Shown here: in pieces, positions 59,388 to 64,000 of the stretch | How the letters are laid out: every line of letters begins with the position of its first letter | How positions within the stretch are numbered: position 1 is the first letter of the stretch | Assembly (NCBI GenBank): GCA_000432255.1 | Contig: HF989913.1 | Location: forward strand, 76,755-140,754 | Origin: Acholeplasma sp. CAG:878 | GTDB taxonomy: Bacteria; Bacillota_I; Bacilli_A; RF39; UBA660 | DNA: 64,000 nucleotides | Reading direction: 5' to 3' | Notes under the pieces: model-generated | What the model saw: the letters and a program-made list of their open reading frames with translations, nothing else | Database searches by the model: none | What the model was told of the DNA's origin: nothing | Translations under genes and position numbers: made by a program

Positions 59388-60443
59388 ATGAAAAACAAAA
59401 TTATATTGATTATTATAAGTGTCTTAGTTATAGCAGGAATTATATTTGGGATTACTAGAATACCTAAAGATGAGGTTACTAGTGATGGTCACAAGTTAAA
59501 AATAACTAAAAATGAAGCTAGTGAAGTACAATTAGAAGATTATCAAACAAATGAATTCAAAATGAAAATACCAACTGGTTGGAAAGTAGAAGTTTTAGGA
59601 GATTATATTCATTATACAATTAAAGCCTATAACCCTAAAAATCCTACATATCAATTTTTCTTTAATATGAAAACTGAAGGATATAACAAATCAGAAGATG
59701 CGAAAAGATGGCAACAAAAGTATTATCCAGATAATATGTTTGCAAAAACTAGCGTAATAGCTACTAAAGATACCGAAGGTTTTTATAAAATATTTAATGA
59801 TTTAGGTCCTTTAAATAATACAAGTACATTTACATTTCCAACAATCACTAATTTTAAAGTAATTGAAAAATTAGGAAAAAGTATTATTGGTGGGGATGTA
59901 TTAAGGGCAACATTTGAAGACGCAAGTGGTAGAGAAGCTGAAGGAATATTTACAGCATATGTTTATGATGTAGGTCCATATTATGTATATGAAAATATCA
60001 TTTCTGGAAAACAAATAGATATACAGTATTTAAACGTATATAATGCTATTTTTTATACTACTCCAAAAGATGAATTAGTAGACTTTGAAAGTGTATTAAA
60101 CGAAGTAGCTTCTTCATTAGAATTTAGTGATAGTTTTATAAATGGATTTAATAAACAACAAGATGCTGTTATGAATAGTTTTCAAAATGTAAGAAATATA
60201 GGAAATCAAATATCTGATGGAATTATGGATTCTTGGAATAAAAGAAGCGCTAGTTATGACATTACAAGTCAAAAACAAAGTGATGCTACTTTAGGTTATG
60301 AAAGAGTCTATGATACAGAAACAAATGAAATTTATAAAGCATATAATGGATTTACTGATGATTATAAAGGTGATAGATATAAACCTATAACAGATAATAT
60401 GTATACAGAAAAAACAAGTGGCTATATTGAAAAGGTAGGATAA
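59388..60443 (+). CDS. N-terminally anchored extracytoplasmic protein (351 aa), unknown function
   Basis: Single N-terminal TM; RBS AAAGAGGTG. Confidence 0.5.
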   Translation: MKNKIILIIISVLVIAGIIFGITRIPKDEVTSDGHKLKITKNEASEVQLEDYQTNEFKMKIPTGWKVEVLGDYIHYTIKAYNPKNPTYQFFFNMKTEGYNKSEDAKRWQQKYYPDNMFAKTSVIATKDTEGFYKIFNDLGPLNNTSTFTFPTITNFKVIEKLGKSIIGGDVLRATFEDASGREAEGIFTAYVYDVGPYYVYENIISGKQIDIQYLNVYNAIFYTTPKDELVDFESVLNEVASSLEFSDSFINGFNKQQDAVMNSFQNVRNIGNQISDGIMDSWNKRSASYDITSQKQSDATLGYERVYDTETNEIYKAYNGFTDDYKGDRYKPITDNMYTEKTSGYIEKVG

Positions 60444-60444
60444 T

Positions 60445-61353
60445 ATGAAAAAGAAAATAATTTGTTTAATCTTATTAATATTAGTAATTATAAGTTTAAT
60501 TTTGGTATTTAATAAAAAAGAAAAAAAAGAAAATCCTCAAGAATATAAAACATTATTAGAAGCAGTTTTGAAAAATAAAGAAAATAATTATAAAAAATTC
60601 TTAGGTGGTGAGGTATTAAATGAGAATACCAGTTTTAGAAACTATGCTTTTATAAGTGGTAATAATGTATATATTTATGATTATAATAAATTAAAAAATG
60701 AAGAATTTAGCCATAAAAAAGTATATACAATTCCAAATGAAATTAAAGTTATGAATATAAAATCTGGTTTTGGTGCTGATATTGAGTTTTATGATTATGA
60801 TGGTAATTTATATACAATACATGATACTAATATCGATAATAATGTAAGAGATTCTTATGATATGTATGAAAATGCTATATATGAATTAAGTGATTATTTA
60901 AAATGGAATTATTCAAAACAATTTTTAGGTAAAGAAATAGATTATGATTTTATGTCTGATTATGTTTATGTTAAAGATAATATTTTATATAGTAAAAACT
61001 ATGGAAATGAAAAATATCCAACTATAGAAAAAGTAAGTGGTAATTACGAAGGAGAAAAAGTAATTAGAATTTACAACGAAAGAATTTTAAAAACAGACAA
61101 AGGTTTTTATGAAATCGTTAGATATTTTGACACTAATTTAAATAAAACAATAACAACAACGATGAAGATTAACTTATTATCTAAATACTATGATGATGTA
61201 TTAACATTTACTTATGAATATGTAATATTAAAAGATTATACATTGATTCCAATTAATGATGTTATGGAAAATAGAATTCGTGAATATCAATATAATTCTT
61301 TTATAAGTGGGTTTAATAGTATGGAAGAAGTACCTACTATATTTGAGGAATAA
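60445..61353 (+). CDS. N-terminally anchored extracytoplasmic protein (302 aa), unknown function
   Basis: Single N-terminal TM; start 2 nt after the preceding stop. Confidence 0.5.
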   Translation: MKKKIICLILLILVIISLILVFNKKEKKENPQEYKTLLEAVLKNKENNYKKFLGGEVLNENTSFRNYAFISGNNVYIYDYNKLKNEEFSHKKVYTIPNEIKVMNIKSGFGADIEFYDYDGNLYTIHDTNIDNNVRDSYDMYENAIYELSDYLKWNYSKQFLGKEIDYDFMSDYVYVKDNILYSKNYGNEKYPTIEKVSGNYEGEKVIRIYNERILKTDKGFYEIVRYFDTNLNKTITTTMKINLLSKYYDDVLTFTYEYVILKDYTLIPINDVMENRIREYQYNSFISGFNSMEEVPTIFEE

Positions 61354-61426
61354 AAACTAATTTTTAGTTTTTTTTCTTTTTAATATATGGTATAATATAT
61401 AGTAATAAATTAAGGAAGAGGAAATT

Positions 61427-61879
61427 ATGGCGAAGAATTATAATGAAATTTATTCAAAAGTAAAGGAATTTAAAAGAAAATATCCAATGACAATCGCATG
61501 GCGATTAAAAGCACACAGTAAATTAGCTTCAAGGTATATAGGCGAAAATGAAAAAGTATTATACGCATTTGCTTGTCAAAACAACCATTTTTCATATGAA
61601 ATATTTATGACTTATGTTGTAGTACTTACAAGTGAAAGAATTATTTTAGCTCAAAAAAGGTTATTCTTTGGTTCATTCTTTAAATCAATTACTCCAGATA
61701 TGTATAATGATTTAACTATTAAAACAGGAATAATTTGGGGTAAATTATGTATTGATACAATTAAAGAAGTAGTTCAACTATCTAACTTAGATAAAGGTTC
61801 ACTACCAGAGTTAGAAAGTACAATTACAAACTTCATGTTGGATGCTAAGAAACAATATCCTGACATTGACAATAAGTAA
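61427..61879 (+). CDS. Hypothetical protein, possibly bacterial PH-domain-like (150 aa)
   Basis: RBS GGAAGAGG; no firm motif. Confidence 0.45.
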   Translation: MAKNYNEIYSKVKEFKRKYPMTIAWRLKAHSKLASRYIGENEKVLYAFACQNNHFSYEIFMTYVVVLTSERIILAQKRLFFGSFFKSITPDMYNDLTIKTGIIWGKLCIDTIKEVVQLSNLDKGSLPELESTITNFMLDAKKQYPDIDNK

Positions 61880-61996
61880 AAAATGGTTTATACTTTTTAT
61901 AGTAGGTGAATGCTTATGAATAAAGGATATAATTTAAATACGAAATAGCTAGATAAAGTCTAGATTTTCGTATTTTTATTTAAGGGGAGGCAAATG

Positions 61997-63841
61997 ATGA
62001 ATAAAAAAGGATTTACATTGATAGAAATGTTAGCAATAATAATACTCTTATCAGTTATAGCACTGATAACATATCCTATTATTAATAATGTAGTAAGTGA
62101 CAGCAAGGATGAAATTTACGACAAACAAATAAGTGAACTAGTGAGACTAGCAAATACATGGGTAACAAAAAATATGGATAGTTTAGAAATAAAAAATGGC
62201 TATAAATATTATTTATCATTTAATGAGCTGTTTGAACAAGGTTTTGTTTCAAAGGAAGATATTATAAATCCCAAAACAGGTGAAAATTTATTAGGATGTA
62301 TGGTAGTTACCTATAATTCATTAACTGATGGGTTTGATGTAGAATATGATGAGAGTTGTATTAAACAGGGAGAATTTGTTGAAGGTAGCGATAATAGTGG
62401 AGCAAATAAGCCAGAATTGTTTGATAACATGCTTCCCGTTTATTATGATAGTTATTTTAAAGTTTGGAAAAAAGCTAATTCTAAAAATTTAAAAACTACT
62501 GTAACTTATAATGTTGGAGATGCTAATTTTGATGGTGTAGTAGATTCTAATGATATAAATTTTTTAAAAAATGCTTCTAATTACAATAAAGTTGCTGATA
62601 CGATATCTCAGTTAGCTGTTGATGTAGATGGTGATGGAGTTATAACAGAAAGTGATTTAAATCTTATAAAAACTACTAAATATTATAATAAAAAAGTTGA
62701 TGATATTAATGAAACAAGAACAGCGTTAGTATCAGATTACAAATGGTATGATTATGATAGTAAAATGTGGGCAAATGCGGTAACAGTAACAGATTCCACT
62801 AGAGAAAAATATTTAAATGCTGAACTTGGAACTACGATAAATATTGATGATATAACTACAATGTGGGTGTGGATTCCAAGGTATAAGTATACAATTTTCA
62901 ATGGAAATAACGGAAGTGCATCAGAACAATTAATTAATGTAACATTTGAATCGGGTGTATCAAGAACTGGAACTGTAAGTTGCGTTGATAATTTTGAACA
63001 AGCAGGTATTAGCGAAATATGTAGTGATACTACAAATAAGGATATAAAAAACAATGTAAGTACATATACCCATCCTGCATTTAAATTTGGAAATACCGAA
63101 TTAACAGGGTTTTGGGTAGGAAAATTTGAAGTAAGCGGAAGCACAAGTGCAGTAACTATTAAACCTAATGTAACATATTTAAGAAAGTCCGTTTCAGTAC
63201 TTTTTAGTTCAATCAAAGGAATGAAAAATACGTATGGAATAACAAATGCTGATTCACATATGATTAAAAATATGGAATGGGGAGCAGTAGCTTATTTAAA
63301 ACAAAGTAAATATGGACTTGGAACAACAAGTATGGGAACTAATAATAATAGTAATAATATAACAGGATGTGGTTCAGAAGCAGGAAGTAGTTCTAGTACT
63401 AAATGTAATACTTACGATACAGCAATCGGACAAAAATCCAGTACAACTGGAAACATTTATGGAGTATATGATATGTCAGGCGGTGGCTGGGATTATACAA
63501 TGGGAAACATGAAAAACGAAAACAATGGATTTTATTCAAGTAATGCTGGTTTTACATCGATACCAGACACTAAATATTATGATAGTTATAAGTATGATGC
63601 ATCTCTACCAAATACTCATACAAGAGGAAAATTAGGAGATGCAACAAAAGAAACATTGACTGTTTTTGGAGATAGTACAAAAGGTTGGGGAAATAAAGGA
63701 GTTAATGCTTATTTGCCTGAATCTACCCATTCTTGGTTTGCCCGTGGTGGTAGATATGATACTTTACGCTATGGCATATTTAGTTATGGAAGAAATGATG
63801 GTAGCGGAGGCACATCACGTGCTATATTATCTTTTCAATAG
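61997..63841 (+). CDS. Prepilin-type N-terminus + dockerin-like repeats + FGE-sulfatase (SUMF1)-like C-terminal domain protein
   Basis: Class-III signal KKGFTLIEM; two Ca-binding dockerin-like repeats (DANFDGVVDSNDINFL, DVDGDGVITESDLNLI); FGE-like motifs GFWVGKFEVS and YGVYDMSGGGWDYTMGN. Confidence 0.65.
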   Translation: MNKKGFTLIEMLAIIILLSVIALITYPIINNVVSDSKDEIYDKQISELVRLANTWVTKNMDSLEIKNGYKYYLSFNELFEQGFVSKEDIINPKTGENLLGCMVVTYNSLTDGFDVEYDESCIKQGEFVEGSDNSGANKPELFDNMLPVYYDSYFKVWKKANSKNLKTTVTYNVGDANFDGVVDSNDINFLKNASNYNKVADTISQLAVDVDGDGVITESDLNLIKTTKYYNKKVDDINETRTALVSDYKWYDYDSKMWANAVTVTDSTREKYLNAELGTTINIDDITTMWVWIPRYKYTIFNGNNGSASEQLINVTFESGVSRTGTVSCVDNFEQAGISEICSDTTNKDIKNNVSTYTHPAFKFGNTELTGFWVGKFEVSGSTSAVTIKPNVTYLRKSVSVLFSSIKGMKNTYGITNADSHMIKNMEWGAVAYLKQSKYGLGTTSMGTNNNSNNITGCGSEAGSSSSTKCNTYDTAIGQKSSTTGNIYGVYDMSGGGWDYTMGNMKNENNGFYSSNAGFTSIPDTKYYDSYKYDASLPNTHTRGKLGDATKETLTVFGDSTKGWGNKGVNAYLPESTHSWFARGGRYDTLRYGIFSYGRNDGSGGTSRAILSFQ

Positions 63842-63885
63842 TTTGTACATATTTAAAATTAAAAAAAATAGAAAATGAAACAACA

Positions 63886-63915
63886 CCCTAGTTAAAATTT
63901 AACTAGGGTTTATAA
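63886..63915 (+). terminator. Palindromic hairpin after the last gene
   Basis: CCCTAGTT aaaattt AACTAGGG followed by a short T-run. Confidence 0.45.
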
Positions 63916-64000
63916 TATAGAATTTAATATAACTAAAAGAGATTATCATTAAATAAATTTTTTGATAATCTCTAAATATTATGTAAAATTTTTGTTTAAT

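Noticed and set aside
1-64000. CRISPR arrays, tRNA/rRNA genes, riboswitches
   Set aside because: No regularly spaced repeat-spacer arrays, no cloverleaf-compatible tRNA candidates and no large structured leaders were seen. The only tandem repeats are the 11-bp phased block at 38.7-38.9 kb, which lacks unique spacers.

Overview
This is a low-GC Firmicutes-like chromosomal window, probably from a spore-former, judged by YunB-, YutD- and YlbD/YlbE-like genes. Positions 1-8.4 kb hold the 3' half of the conserved ribosomal-protein operon (rplX end, rplE, rpsN, rpsH, rplF, rplR, rpsE, rplO, secY, adk, map, infA, rpmJ, rpsM, rpsK, rpoA, rplQ). rpmD (L30) is missing. Three accessory genes sit between rplQ and the ECF module (ecfA1, ecfA2, ecfT, truA), and the rplM-rpsI pair expected after truA is absent. 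Positions 14.3-19.2 kb hold a serpin followed by an agr-type quorum-sensing locus: LytTR regulator, AgrC-like kinase, then a convergent agrB plus an unannotated 39-aa AgrD propeptide. Positions 19.4-34.6 kb are housekeeping and envelope genes: cspA, a NodB deacetylase lipoprotein, an ABC-2 transporter, prfB with its +1 programmed frameshift, ftsEX, and recG. Positions 34.8-49.6 kb look like an integrated mobile element. It contains a frameshifted tyrosine integrase, small Xis-like and ribbon-helix-helix (RHH) regulators, an iteron-like phased repeat block flanked by ~40-bp direct repeats, and a six-gene operon, all capped by an intact IS30-family element with 17-bp terminal IRs. The operon encodes a Dcm C5-methyltransferase, an unknown protein, a MORC-like GHKL ATPase, a Z1-type P-loop NTPase, a PD-(D/E)xK nuclease and an AIPR-like protein. 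This methylase-linked GHKL/Z1/nuclease/AIPR module is the most interesting feature. To my knowledge it is predicted only by comparative genomics and has not been characterised experimentally. The remainder holds trpS (no T-box leader), a MarR regulator with a MacB-type fused ABC transporter, an SDR epimerase, and a 614-aa protein combining a prepilin N-terminus, dockerin-like repeats and an FGE-sulfatase-like domain. A truncated copy of that protein's N-terminus lies 5.6 kb upstream. No rRNA, tRNA or CRISPR array was seen.
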